Source: an uncultured Armatimonadetes bacterium
GTDB lineage: Bacteria > Armatimonadota > UBA5829 > DTJY01
Assembly (NCBI GenBank): GCA_963717145.1
Contig: OY970325.1
Coordinates: 2,720,001 to 2,784,000, forward strand
Reading direction: 5' to 3'
DNA: 64,000 nucleotides
A model generated the notes under the pieces. It was not told the DNA's origin. It was given only the letters and a program-made list of their open reading frames with translations, and made no database searches. This document shows positions 9,666 through 19,068 of the stretch, piece by piece; within the stretch, counting starts at the first letter, position 1, and every line of letters begins with the position of its first letter. The position numbers were made by a program, and so were the translations under genes.

Positions 9666-10618
9666 ACCCGACACTGACCCTGGTGGCTTGCCTGGCCGCG
9701 TTCAGCGTCATACTGCTCATCGGCCTTCTGGTCGCAGGGAAGCCGAAGAACATTGGCGCGCGGCTGAAGGAGCTTACCTCAACCGATATAACCGCAACTG
9801 TTCCATCGGCCCATATCTCGGGCCGGAGAGAAGACGCCATTCCACTGCTGACCAGGCTTCTCACCGGCAGGCGTGTGACCGAGCGCCTGTATGTAGAGCT
9901 ATCAGCGGCCGGCCTGCCGATACGCCCGAGCGAATTCGTCGGCATTCTGGGCGGATCGGTGATTCTCTCCCAGATGCTCGCACTGGCAGTCGTGCACAAC
10001 ATTTACGGTCACCTGCTCCTCGGGGTCATCGGCGTCGTGCTGCCGACGATGATAGTCAAGTCCTTGCAGACGAGACGGCGCGCGGCATTCGATGCCCAGA
10101 TAGTGGACACGCTGACCACCATGTCGTCGTCGTTCAGAGCCGGCTTCAGCCTCCTGAGAGCGATGCAGATGGTGTCGCAGGAGATGCCCCCTCCAATATC
10201 GAAGGAGTTCGAGCGCATCGTCAACGAGGTCGGAGTCGGTCGGCCGCTGGAAGAGGCTCTTCGAGCATCAGTGGCCAGAGTCGGCAGCTACGACTTCGAC
10301 CTGGTGGTGACCGCGATATTGATCCAGCTTCAGGTGGGCGGCAATATCGCGGAGATACTCGAGACCATTGCCAGTACCATCAGAGAACGCACGAAGATCA
10401 CGGGCGAGATGAGGGCACTAACCGCAGAGGGACGAATCTCGGGTCTGGTTCTCGTGATACTGCCCATCGCCCTGGCATTGATACTCTGCTGGATGCGGCC
10501 GGAGTATATGTCTACACTCCTTACCGACCCGGTCGGCCCACACTTGATTGGCACTGCGGCCATTCTGCAGGTGATCGGCGTGATCATCATGAGAAGACTG
10601 CTGACGCTGGAGATATGA
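9662..10618 (+). CDS. tadB: Tad platform protein TadB (T2SS F family)
   Basis: RAGFSL, PISKEF, QVGGNIAEIL, LTAEGRISG; overlaps cpaF stop. Confidence 0.92.
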   Translation: MNPTLTLVACLAAFSVILLIGLLVAGKPKNIGARLKELTSTDITATVPSAHISGRREDAIPLLTRLLTGRRVTERLYVELSAAGLPIRPSEFVGILGGSVILSQMLALAVVHNIYGHLLLGVIGVVLPTMIVKSLQTRRRAAFDAQIVDTLTTMSSSFRAGFSLLRAMQMVSQEMPPPISKEFERIVNEVGVGRPLEEALRASVARVGSYDFDLVVTAILIQLQVGGNIAEILETIASTIRERTKITGEMRALTAEGRISGLVLVILPIALALILCWMRPEYMSTLLTDPVGPHLIGTAAILQVIGVIIMRRLLTLEI

Positions 10619-10631
10619 GCAGGAGAGAAGC

Positions 10632-11560
10632 ATGTTGATACCGCTGATAGCCGTTTGCACATTCGCATGTATCGCTCTGCTGGTGATCGGGCTCTCCACG
10701 AGGTCAGAGCGCAGTGTCATCAGAGAGAGAATGTTCGCACAACCGAGGCCGAGCGAAGGCACGCTGAACTCCGTTGAGATCGAGATGGCGGTGCCCTTCA
10801 CGGAACGAATCGCCCTGCCGTTCCTGCGTCGGTTCGCCGGATTCGCCACGCGATTCACCCCAGGCGGCGCCGCACAGGTCGTTGAGGAGAAGCTGGAGAC
10901 TGCGGGGCGCCATGGAACATGGGGTTCCGGGAGTTCATGGGGCTCCGAGTCCTGTCAGTATTCGTGGCGACGCTGGGAGGCATTGCTGCCATCAACGTCT
11001 TCGATCTAGCCCCTATGCTCAGAGCGGTCGGCCTCATCGTGATCGTTTTCTGCGGGATCGGCCTGCCCGACTACGTTCTCGACAGCACCATTCGAAAACG
11101 CCAGTCGGGCGTGCGCAAGGTACTGGCTGATACGCTCGATCTCATGACCGTCTGCGTGGAAGCCGGGCTAGGCCTCGACGGAGCGATGCAAAAAGTGGTC
11201 GAGAAGCTCGATTCGCCGTTCTCCAGGGAGATATCGAGGTCCCTCCAGGAAATGCGTCTTGGCAAGATGCGTTCAGACGCCCTGAAGGACATGGCCAAAA
11301 GGATCCGGATATCGGAAGTCTCCTCATTCGTCGCCGCCCTCTGCCAGGCAGACCAGCTCGGCGTGAGCATATCGAGGGTGCTGCGAGTTCAATGTGACAC
11401 CCTCAGGAACGTTCGCAGTCAGAGAGCCCGCGAGGCTGCGGCCAAACTGCCGGTGAAGCTCCTCATCCCGCTCGTGTTCTTCATCTTCCCAGCGATCTTC
11501 GTAGTGGTAATCGCCCCCGGCGGGATACAGATCGCCAGGTCCCTCGGAATGTTCAAGTGA
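10632..11560 (+). CDS. tadC: TadC, split by a 1-nt deletion near 10910 (pseudogene or sequencing error)
   Basis: ORFs 10632-11009 and 10919-11560 join if one C is added (CGC C[C]A TGG gives AGRPWNMGFREF, matching the paralogue's AGRPWHLNAREF); VEAGLGLD, QADQLG, KLPVKL motifs. Confidence 0.88.
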
Positions 11561-12171
11561 TCCCACGAGACCGGCTTACTAAGCAAGCGATTGTAGTTCA
11601 TGCCATCAGTTGCACGCCATATGTGCATGCTTGCCTCAGGTCGGTATGCCTACAAGCGCTGTTACTGCAAGCTACAGTTGAGTGCTATTGAGCAAGTTTT
11701 TGGTTGGACAGATAAAAAACCTTCCGCTCGGACAGCAAAACCCGTTTAGGGAAGTGGAGTCTCAGGGTAGAAACGATGTGAAGATAAGAGATCGAATGGC
11801 TGGTTAGACCGTGGACAGTCAACGGCGCGCGTGTGTTTGCGTGCGTCGCTGGGCTGAGAGATGAATAAGGAACGGCCGGAGAGATTGGACCCCTCCGGCC
11901 GTCGATAGCGCAGAAGAGCCCCCGGTAACAGGCGAGATCCACCACGCCAAGAGTGTGCTCAGCTTCTGTGCTTCTTCCTTCTTCTGATTCTCCCCATCAT
12001 CTGCGGAACAGAATAGCGGATGCGTTTCAGCAGCAGCGCCCGACTCCATGGAGGACGATCGACGGCGACGGCTGCCTATTGTCGTTTCCGAGCGTATCTA
12101 TTATACCATGCCTGAGCTTGTTTCTGCAGTGATATATCAGACAGGCCCAGACTTAAAGGAGGAGCGGAAGC

Positions 12172-15100
12172 ATGCGAACGAAGATTGCTCTGTTAGTTCT
12201 ATCACTCTTTGTGCTCTGCATCAGCCAAGCCGGTGCGTTCGTGGTCAACTTCACGGGCGACGCGAAAGCCGACTTCGCGGGATTCGTTGGAGCACCGGAC
12301 ATCATCGCTGATCCGAACAAAGATGGTCTGGCGGGGTGCAGCGACGGACCGCTGAACCAGAACGCCTTCAACCCGCCGGCGCCGGCCAACAACCTGATTC
12401 CGGCGTCGGGTTTCAACATTAGCCAGGTGTTCTCCGCATACGATTGCGAGACTGATACGTTGTACATCGGCCTCGACGTGTGCGATCCGAGGATTGCCTG
12501 GGATTCTGATAATAATAACAATATCACTACATTCAACCCAGCGTTGGTTCCTGGCTCGACGCTCCAGTCGTCATTTAGGGATGACGGGCTTGAGGACTAC
12601 GAGATAGAGGTTGATGTCAACAGCGCCGCCTGCCCTGGATTGGCAGACTTCATCACCGCTGATTTCCGCATCCTCATCACCAGTGAAGACGGCGGAGTCA
12701 CCATCAACCCTCACTTCGCCCCGCCGCTGCCACCCGGCACGCTGACGATACAGCAGACATTCACCGGGGCGGACGTCGAGATCAAGATCCATGGCGTGCG
12801 AGCAACATACCCGGCCGTGGGGAACAGCATACCGGTGAGAATCGTTACGCGCTCCGGTGCTACCAGTGATCTGTCAAACGAAGACGTCACGGATTCGTGT
12901 TTCCAACTGGCGTGCCAAACATGCATAGAGATCACCAAGCTGGTGTCCTGCTCGCCGACCGGACCGTTCACTAGCTCGGTGTCAGCGCTGAGAGGAGCAC
13001 CTGTCTACTTCCAGATCCAAGTGCGGAACTGCGGCACGAACAGCTTGAACAACGTCACGATCACCGATACACTGCTTAGTGAACAAGACAATGCTTTGCT
13101 CTCGTGCTCCGGATGTACGAACGGCTTGAACTGCATGCCGACCTCCACCGTCGCCCCGGTGCTGACTAATATCGGCACCCTGACGCCGGGTGAAATCAGA
13201 ACGTTCGTCTGCACTGTGCTGACGAACCCGGCATTCCCGATTACGGGCATTACCCCGGATGCGGTCAACCAAGTCACTGTGACCGGAACCGGAGCTGTCA
13301 CCGGAGTCGTGGTGAACGATGGACCGGAGACCGCTTCAGTGAACCTTCTGATACCGTCGATCACCTGCAGCAAGCTCCTTGACGACGACAGCAACTTCGC
13401 TGCTGACGCAGGAGACACCACGCCACCCACCAACAACCTCAACCTTCCGGATGGTGGAAACGTTTGGTATCAGTTCTGTGTGAACAACACCGGCGAAACA
13501 CCGGTCGACTTCAGCGCCGGGGCGGACCCGAACTGCCCAGCCTTCAACGACACCTTCCTCGAGGTGCTTGATCCTCAGATACCCGGCACGGGCGTGAACC
13601 TCGACAACCTGTTCCGCGCGCGGCTCGTTGTGTTGTTCGGCAACAACATACTGCCCGCGGGACAGCAGGTCTGCGTTGTCGTTGGCCCGGTCCTGTTCGA
13701 TAAGGTGGTGCTGTGTCCGGCCAGGAGTGCATTCCCGGATGTCTTCTCGGCATGCGGCCGCGCAACCGGCACCAACATCTGCCTGCCACCGAATGGAGGC
13801 GAGAATGTTAGCACCGGCAACTGCACCGCCACTGTCAGGTTATGTCCGCCGGCTGTCTGCATAGAGAAGCTGGTGTCATGCTCACCGAGCGGACCGTTCA
13901 CGCCAACAGTAACCGCCCTCAGAGGCGCGACAGTGTACTTCCAGATCGTAGTGGAGAACTGCGGTGGCGAAGCGCTGAATAACGTAATAGTCACCGACAC
14001 GCTGCTTGCCGAGGTTGACAATGCGCTGCTGTCATGCTCAGGATGCACGAATGGCCTGAACTGCATTCCGACCTCGACCGGCCTGCCGGTCCAGACAAAC
14101 ATCGGCAGCCTGGCGATCGGCGAGTCGAAGACCTTCATCTGCACCGCTCTGACGAATCCGGCGTTCGCCATACCCGGCATCAACCCGGATATCACGAACA
14201 GAGTAACAGTTACGGCAACCAGCGCTACGACGCAGACTGTCGTAAACGATGGCCCGTCGGATGCCTCAGTGAACCTGCTGATACCGAGTATCACGTGCAG
14301 CAAGCTGGTCGCTGACAATCCGAACATGACGAATGCCACTCAGCACCTGAACCTCTCTGATGCCACGATGGACGTGGAGCAGGCATGGTACAGGTTCTGC
14401 ATCACCAATACAGGCGAGTCAGCAGTGAGCTTCGCGGCCGGAGCCGATCCGAACTGCCCGAAGATCTCTGACACGTTCATAAAGCCCGGCGGAACTACGA
14501 GCCCGACCTGCAGCAGCGGTCCCATCGTAATCCCGGAAACCAACCAGGACCTGAACGCCCTGTTCCTGGCTCAGATGCCGGGCGGAAGCCTGGCCGCCGG
14601 ACAGATGGTCTGCGTAACAGTCGGACCGGTCAGCTTCGACGAGAACCAGTTGTGCTGCGTCCAGAAGGTCTGGCCGGATACGTTCAGCGCTTGCGGCAAA
14701 GCCATGGAGAACGGTTTCTGTCTGCCCCCGGGTGGAGCTGAGAGCGTTACCACCGGCAACTGCACCGCGGACGTGACGATCTGCGCACCGCCGTGCATAC
14801 AGATCGACAAGCTGGTATCTTGCTTACCTGGCGGGCCGTTCGTTGAATCGGTAACGGCGCTGAGAGGCTCTACCATCTACTTCCAGATCACCGTGAGGAA
14901 CTGCGGTGGACGCAACCTGTCCAACGTGACTATAACCGACACGATGGCTGAGGTCGACAATGCGCTGCTGTCGTGCTCCGGATGCACCAACGGCTTGAAC
15001 TGCATCCCGATCGCGAACGGCGCGGTTCTCACCAACATCGGCAACCTCAATGTCGGTGAGTCGAAGACTTTCATCTGCACGGTCTTGACTAACCCGGCGT

Positions 15101-17433
15101 TCAACGTAGAGGGGAACGCAGTCGACATAACTAATACCGTCTCGGTGACCGGCACGGTCGTGTCTCCAGGAGTCGGAGATGCTACATCGGTGAGCGATGG
15201 ACCCGACAGCGCGACTGTCAACGTGCTCGTACCGTCGATCGTCTGCAGCAAGTTGCTCGACGATGACAGCAACTTCGCCGTCGATGCGGGAGACACCACG
15301 CCGCCGACAAACGACCTGAACCTGTCGCAGTTGCCGATAGGTGTGAAGCAGGCATGGTATCAGTTCTGTGTCGAGAACACCGGCGAAGTGAAGGTAGACT
15401 TCACAGCGGGCGCGAATCCCGACTGCCCGAACTTCCTCGATGCATTCATCGAGACGGCTGATCCGGCGATACCGGGCACCGGCGCGGATATCGACACGGC
15501 GTTCCGGACGGCTCTGACGAACGCGTTCGGCGGACAGTTCCTGCCCGCAGGTCAGAAGGTCTGCATAGTAGTCGGACCGGTCACCTTCGATGAGACGACA
15601 CTGTGCCCGCATGCGCCGTTCGTTGACCAGTTCTCTGCATGCGGCAACGCGACCGACACCGGCATCTGCCTGCCGCAGAGTGGTGGAGAGAGCGTAAGTA
15701 CCGGCATCTGCACAGCCACGGTCAGAATCTGCCCCGCGCAGATCTGCATCACCAAGGGCGTGGCCTGCGTCCCGGAGGGGCCGTTCCTGCCCTCCGCAAC
15801 CGCGCTGAGAGGGGCTGACATCTACTGGCAGGTCGTCATCACGAACTGCGGTGGCAAGGTCCTGAACAACGTGACTCTTACAGACACATTGTTCGAGGAG
15901 GATAATGCTCTGCTGAACTGCGCCGGATGCACGGGAGTCGTTCCCGCCATATGCATCCCCGGCGTGTTCAACCTGGGCACGATGAACCCCGGCGATGTGA
16001 AGACGATCGTGTGCAGATTCCCGACAAACCCGAGCTTCAATGTGATCGGGAATGCTGTGGATGCGCGTAATACCGCGAGGGTCACTGCTGCGGTCGCCAA
16101 CCCGGCGGTCGGAGAACCTGCATCGGTGAGCGCCGGACCGGTCGAAGCCACAGTGAACGTCCTGGTCCCAGGCATCGAGTGCGATCTGCTCATGGACGAT
16201 GATGACAACTTCGCCGAAGATGCGGGCGACCTGACGCCGCCCGCAGTCAACCTGAACCTGTCGATGAACGGCGCGCCACAGGTCGAGCATGTGTGGAAGC
16301 AGCTCAAGGTGTGCAACACCGGAGAGGTCCCAGTCAACTTCGCCGTCGGCGCGAATCCGAACTGCCCGGACTTCGATGACCAACTGGTGGAGGGCTTCGG
16401 CATCGACGTGGCCCAGAAGTTCCGCGACGCTCTCGTGGCGGCATTCGGAAGCCAGGTGCTGCCTCCGGGTCAGTGCGTGACCATCGTCGTCGGACCGCTC
16501 GAGTTCGACGAGAACGTGCTGTGCCCGAACACCCCGATCATCGTGAACCGGTTCACGGCATGCGGCTTCGCCACAAGGAACGACATCTGCCTGCCGCCGG
16601 CCGGCGGGGAGAATGTGAGCACCGGACTGTGCCAGGGCACGATCATGCTCTGCCAGCCTGTCCTGTTCCAGGCAGTTCCCGGCAACTCGCTCGGGCTGGA
16701 CGTGCACCAGATGGGTCACCTCGGTAATTCCGGCGAGGTCATATCGTCCGCGCCAGGCCTGTTCGTCCTGGTACCCGGCAACAACTGGGAGAACTTCGTG
16801 GCAGCCGCTCAGGTGGACCAACCGTACACCCTGAAGAATGTCACGCTGATCAAGCAGACACCGGAGTTCATACAGTGCCCGGACGTATTCCCGCCGATAA
16901 CAGTCCAGCAGCAGGGGACTGCGGGAATCCGACTGAGATGGCCGCTGATGTACGAGGCGCCAGGCACGACGTTCACACTGATCATCCAGTACGGCACCAA
17001 TTCGCTGTTCGATGATGATGGCATACTCGGTCCGAACATCCCGGCATACTTCCACGAGAACGTGTGGGAGTGGAAGGTGGAAGCCTCGCTGGAGAGCATG
17101 AAACTCCTGCTCGAGCTGTTCCATCAGATACCGTTCGGGTTGGATGAAGTGCCGCTGATCTCTGACGAGGTGCTGTATCCGATACTCCAGGAGAAGCTGG
17201 ACATGATCATACAGCTAGTGGCTGAGGACAAGATCCGTGAAGCCTCGCTGCTCCTGGGAGATTTCGAGATGGAAGTATCGGATGCGTGCATCGCCGTCTC
17301 GCCCAGGCTGCCCTATCCGACAGGGCCTGGAACGGGCATCGCAGGTACTGAAGAGAACCCTGCGTGCTGCAAGCTCCTGGTAGACGCCGAGTTCGTCGGA
17401 TTCAAACTCGGACTCTTCCAGGCCACAAAATAG
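12172..17433 (+). CDS. 1753-aa secreted Cys-rich repeat protein (DUF11/DUF7507-like Ig-type repeats), probable surface adhesin or fibril
   Basis: AAGGAGG SD; signal peptide AGA|F; four ~0.94-kb A+B units (ITKLVSC...VYFQI.V.NCG...VTITDT / TCSKL...WY.FCV.NTGE); helical C-terminal domain. Confidence 0.88.
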   Translation: MRTKIALLVLSLFVLCISQAGAFVVNFTGDAKADFAGFVGAPDIIADPNKDGLAGCSDGPLNQNAFNPPAPANNLIPASGFNISQVFSAYDCETDTLYIGLDVCDPRIAWDSDNNNNITTFNPALVPGSTLQSSFRDDGLEDYEIEVDVNSAACPGLADFITADFRILITSEDGGVTINPHFAPPLPPGTLTIQQTFTGADVEIKIHGVRATYPAVGNSIPVRIVTRSGATSDLSNEDVTDSCFQLACQTCIEITKLVSCSPTGPFTSSVSALRGAPVYFQIQVRNCGTNSLNNVTITDTLLSEQDNALLSCSGCTNGLNCMPTSTVAPVLTNIGTLTPGEIRTFVCTVLTNPAFPITGITPDAVNQVTVTGTGAVTGVVVNDGPETASVNLLIPSITCSKLLDDDSNFAADAGDTTPPTNNLNLPDGGNVWYQFCVNNTGETPVDFSAGADPNCPAFNDTFLEVLDPQIPGTGVNLDNLFRARLVVLFGNNILPAGQQVCVVVGPVLFDKVVLCPARSAFPDVFSACGRATGTNICLPPNGGENVSTGNCTATVRLCPPAVCIEKLVSCSPSGPFTPTVTALRGATVYFQIVVENCGGEALNNVIVTDTLLAEVDNALLSCSGCTNGLNCIPTSTGLPVQTNIGSLAIGESKTFICTALTNPAFAIPGINPDITNRVTVTATSATTQTVVNDGPSDASVNLLIPSITCSKLVADNPNMTNATQHLNLSDATMDVEQAWYRFCITNTGESAVSFAAGADPNCPKISDTFIKPGGTTSPTCSSGPIVIPETNQDLNALFLAQMPGGSLAAGQMVCVTVGPVSFDENQLCCVQKVWPDTFSACGKAMENGFCLPPGGAESVTTGNCTADVTICAPPCIQIDKLVSCLPGGPFVESVTALRGSTIYFQITVRNCGGRNLSNVTITDTMAEVDNALLSCSGCTNGLNCIPIANGAVLTNIGNLNVGESKTFICTVLTNPAFNVEGNAVDITNTVSVTGTVVSPGVGDATSVSDGPDSATVNVLVPSIVCSKLLDDDSNFAVDAGDTTPPTNDLNLSQLPIGVKQAWYQFCVENTGEVKVDFTAGANPDCPNFLDAFIETADPAIPGTGADIDTAFRTALTNAFGGQFLPAGQKVCIVVGPVTFDETTLCPHAPFVDQFSACGNATDTGICLPQSGGESVSTGICTATVRICPAQICITKGVACVPEGPFLPSATALRGADIYWQVVITNCGGKVLNNVTLTDTLFEEDNALLNCAGCTGVVPAICIPGVFNLGTMNPGDVKTIVCRFPTNPSFNVIGNAVDARNTARVTAAVANPAVGEPASVSAGPVEATVNVLVPGIECDLLMDDDDNFAEDAGDLTPPAVNLNLSMNGAPQVEHVWKQLKVCNTGEVPVNFAVGANPNCPDFDDQLVEGFGIDVAQKFRDALVAAFGSQVLPPGQCVTIVVGPLEFDENVLCPNTPIIVNRFTACGFATRNDICLPPAGGENVSTGLCQGTIMLCQPVLFQAVPGNSLGLDVHQMGHLGNSGEVISSAPGLFVLVPGNNWENFVAAAQVDQPYTLKNVTLIKQTPEFIQCPDVFPPITVQQQGTAGIRLRWPLMYEAPGTTFTLIIQYGTNSLFDDDGILGPNIPAYFHENVWEWKVEASLESMKLLLELFHQIPFGLDEVPLISDEVLYPILQEKLDMIIQLVAEDKIREASLLLGDFEMEVSDACIAVSPRLPYPTGPGTGIAGTEENPACCKLLVDAEFVGFKLGLFQATK

Positions 17434-17531
17434 ACGGCCTCCGGCCTGGCGGGATTCGTCCCGCTTGGCATGGCCCGGGGCCCCGGCAGGGATGCTGGGG
17501 CCCTCCTGAATTGAATGTGTCTCTGCCAACA

Positions 17532-17569
17532 CAAAGGCCGCTGAGAGAAGTATCTCTCAGCGGCCTTTG
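17532..17569. terminator. Strong hairpin downstream of the giant gene
   Basis: Perfect 17-bp stem CAAAGGCCGCTGAGAGA / TCTCTCAGCGGCCTTTG with AGTA loop; preceded by two smaller hairpins, one with a TTCG loop. Confidence 0.7.
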
Positions 17570-17724
17570 ACTGTTGCCGCCAGCTGCCGCGGTTACCGTC
17601 CCCTGGTCCATCCGCCGGCCTCTCACGGGCCTATGGCTCAACTCCCGTCGCCGTGGTGAACCTCGGCATCGTTGCGCCGGGGATCGCTCGACTCTCGACT
17701 TCAGGCAGAACCCCCCGGAAGCAT

Positions 17725-17888
17725 TGCTCATCACCGCAGGAGGAATCGTCCGCTACTCGGTCATACACGACCTCAGCGTCGGCCGGAGCGTAGAGGAGAC
17801 GATCCGCGTGCTCAGCGCCCTCCAGACCGGCGAGCTGTGCCCGGTCGAATGGGAGCCCGGCGAGGAGACCCTCGGCAAAGCGGCATAG
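17725..17888 (+). pseudogene. C-terminal remnant of an AhpC/TSA peroxiredoxin
   Basis: GIVRYSVIHDLSVGRSVEETIRVLSALQTGELCPVEWEPGEETLG is a typical Prx C-terminus; no peroxidatic FTFVCPTE region upstream. Confidence 0.75.
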
Positions 17889-17904
17889 GTTTCTGGCACA
17901 AACG

Positions 17905-17935
17905 CAGGAGGGAGCCGCTTTCCGGCTCCCTCCTG
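17905..17935. terminator. Hairpin between convergent genes (likely bidirectional terminator)
   Basis: 13-bp stem CAGGAGGGAGCCG / CGGCTCCCTCCTG. Confidence 0.7.
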
Positions 17936-17946
17936 TTGCTTATTGC

Positions 17947-19050
17947 CTACTTCGACTTGGCCGGGGGCGGTGGCGCTTTCTCTAAGGCGTGTGGGCTCTT
18001 CAGGACATCGAGTAGGCCGGAGGGGACCATGAGCCGTCCGTTGACGACCTTCATCTTCTGGGCGAGCTTGATCGTCCCGCCGGTCCACACGATGGCGTCC
18101 TTCCCCGGCACGAGCGTGTACCGGTTCTTGCCGACGAGGAGCTTCGCCTCTTTCCCGAGCCATTGGACCGTCGCGCCCGGTATCTTGGCCGCGAGGTCCC
18201 GGGTCGAGATGAGCTTGCCTGCTACCACCGATGGCTTGGTTGGCATGGGAACCTGTGGCCCGCCCATCGGGTCCAACAGACGCACGATCTCACCGGTTAC
18301 CGCATCCACCCGGGCGCTGTATTCCACGTCTTCCCCCTGGGCGTTCTGGCCGCCAACGATGAAACCCCACACGGTGTGATCCGGGTCTACGTAGAGACCA
18401 GGATCGTGATTGGCCGCCCCGGTTACCAGCCCTTTGGCAGCCTTCACTATGTCCACTGCCTGCTGAGCTGTGATCTGCGGCTGCTGAGGGGTCGGTGTCG
18501 GAACACGAATCGTGTAGCCGTAACTCTGAATGCGACCGTCCACGGGATTGACATCCACGCCGACGCCGTTCGGAGTCGATGCACCGTAGGCTACTACCTG
18601 TCGCCAATAGAACTCCCAGCCGCCGTCGTCCCACTCCGGCTCGTCCGACTGGAAGCCCATCGTGTCGAACCCGCTGTACTTGGCCCGCGCATAGGTCTCC
18701 GCTATCTGCCGGCATTGCTCCTGGGTCAACGGGCCGACCGGCTCTTCTGGCCGCTCGTCCGGCATGGCATCGTGGTAGAAGGCGAACGTCACCTCACCAG
18801 TGACGGCATCAACGATCCAGCTATGCTCTTCATTCTGGGTGTCATCGATGCTATAACTCCTCTCGTGCTCCCACTCAGAACCTTCCAGATTCTGATAAAG
18901 AGGGTCGCACTTGAGCTGAAGGGTGCTATCTCCCTCAAACGCCCGAACAGCATCCATGGCCTGCCCCGGAGTGATCACTGATTGGCCGCTGCACCCGGCA
19001 CCGATGGTCGCGAGCGCACAGCATAAAGCAAGCAATCGCAATCGAGTCAT
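17947..19050 (-). CDS. Lipoprotein with three PepSY/YcdB-like repeats and a C-terminal copper-amine-oxidase-N (stalk)-like domain
   Basis: Lipobox GAGC; repeated IT..QA...VDAVTGE / VNPVDG units; C-terminal GATVQW...VNGRLMVP. Confidence 0.75.
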   Translation of the reverse strand: MTRLRLLALCCALATIGAGCSGQSVITPGQAMDAVRAFEGDSTLQLKCDPLYQNLEGSEWEHERSYSIDDTQNEEHSWIVDAVTGEVTFAFYHDAMPDERPEEPVGPLTQEQCRQIAETYARAKYSGFDTMGFQSDEPEWDDGGWEFYWRQVVAYGASTPNGVGVDVNPVDGRIQSYGYTIRVPTPTPQQPQITAQQAVDIVKAAKGLVTGAANHDPGLYVDPDHTVWGFIVGGQNAQGEDVEYSARVDAVTGEIVRLLDPMGGPQVPMPTKPSVVAGKLISTRDLAAKIPGATVQWLGKEAKLLVGKNRYTLVPGKDAIVWTGGTIKLAQKMKVVNGRLMVPSGLLDVLKSPHALEKAPPPPAKSK

Positions 19051-19068
19051 CTCGGTTACCTGTCCTTT

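Noticed and set aside
10900..10920. Programmed frameshift or phase variation in tadC
   Set aside because: No slippery heptamer or long homopolymer/SSR at any of the four indel sites.
11959..12000. Minus-strand micro-ORF MMGRIRRRKKHRS as a leader peptide
   Set aside because: No SD and no downstream gene on that strand; can arise by chance in a purine-rich tract.
14824..17124. 766-aa minus-strand ORF
   Set aside because: Antisense shadow of the giant repeat gene; no motifs, typical of GC-rich codon bias.
17574..17888. Full-length or selenocysteine peroxiredoxin
   Set aside because: No peroxidatic motif or in-frame TGA equivalent found upstream; only the tail is present.
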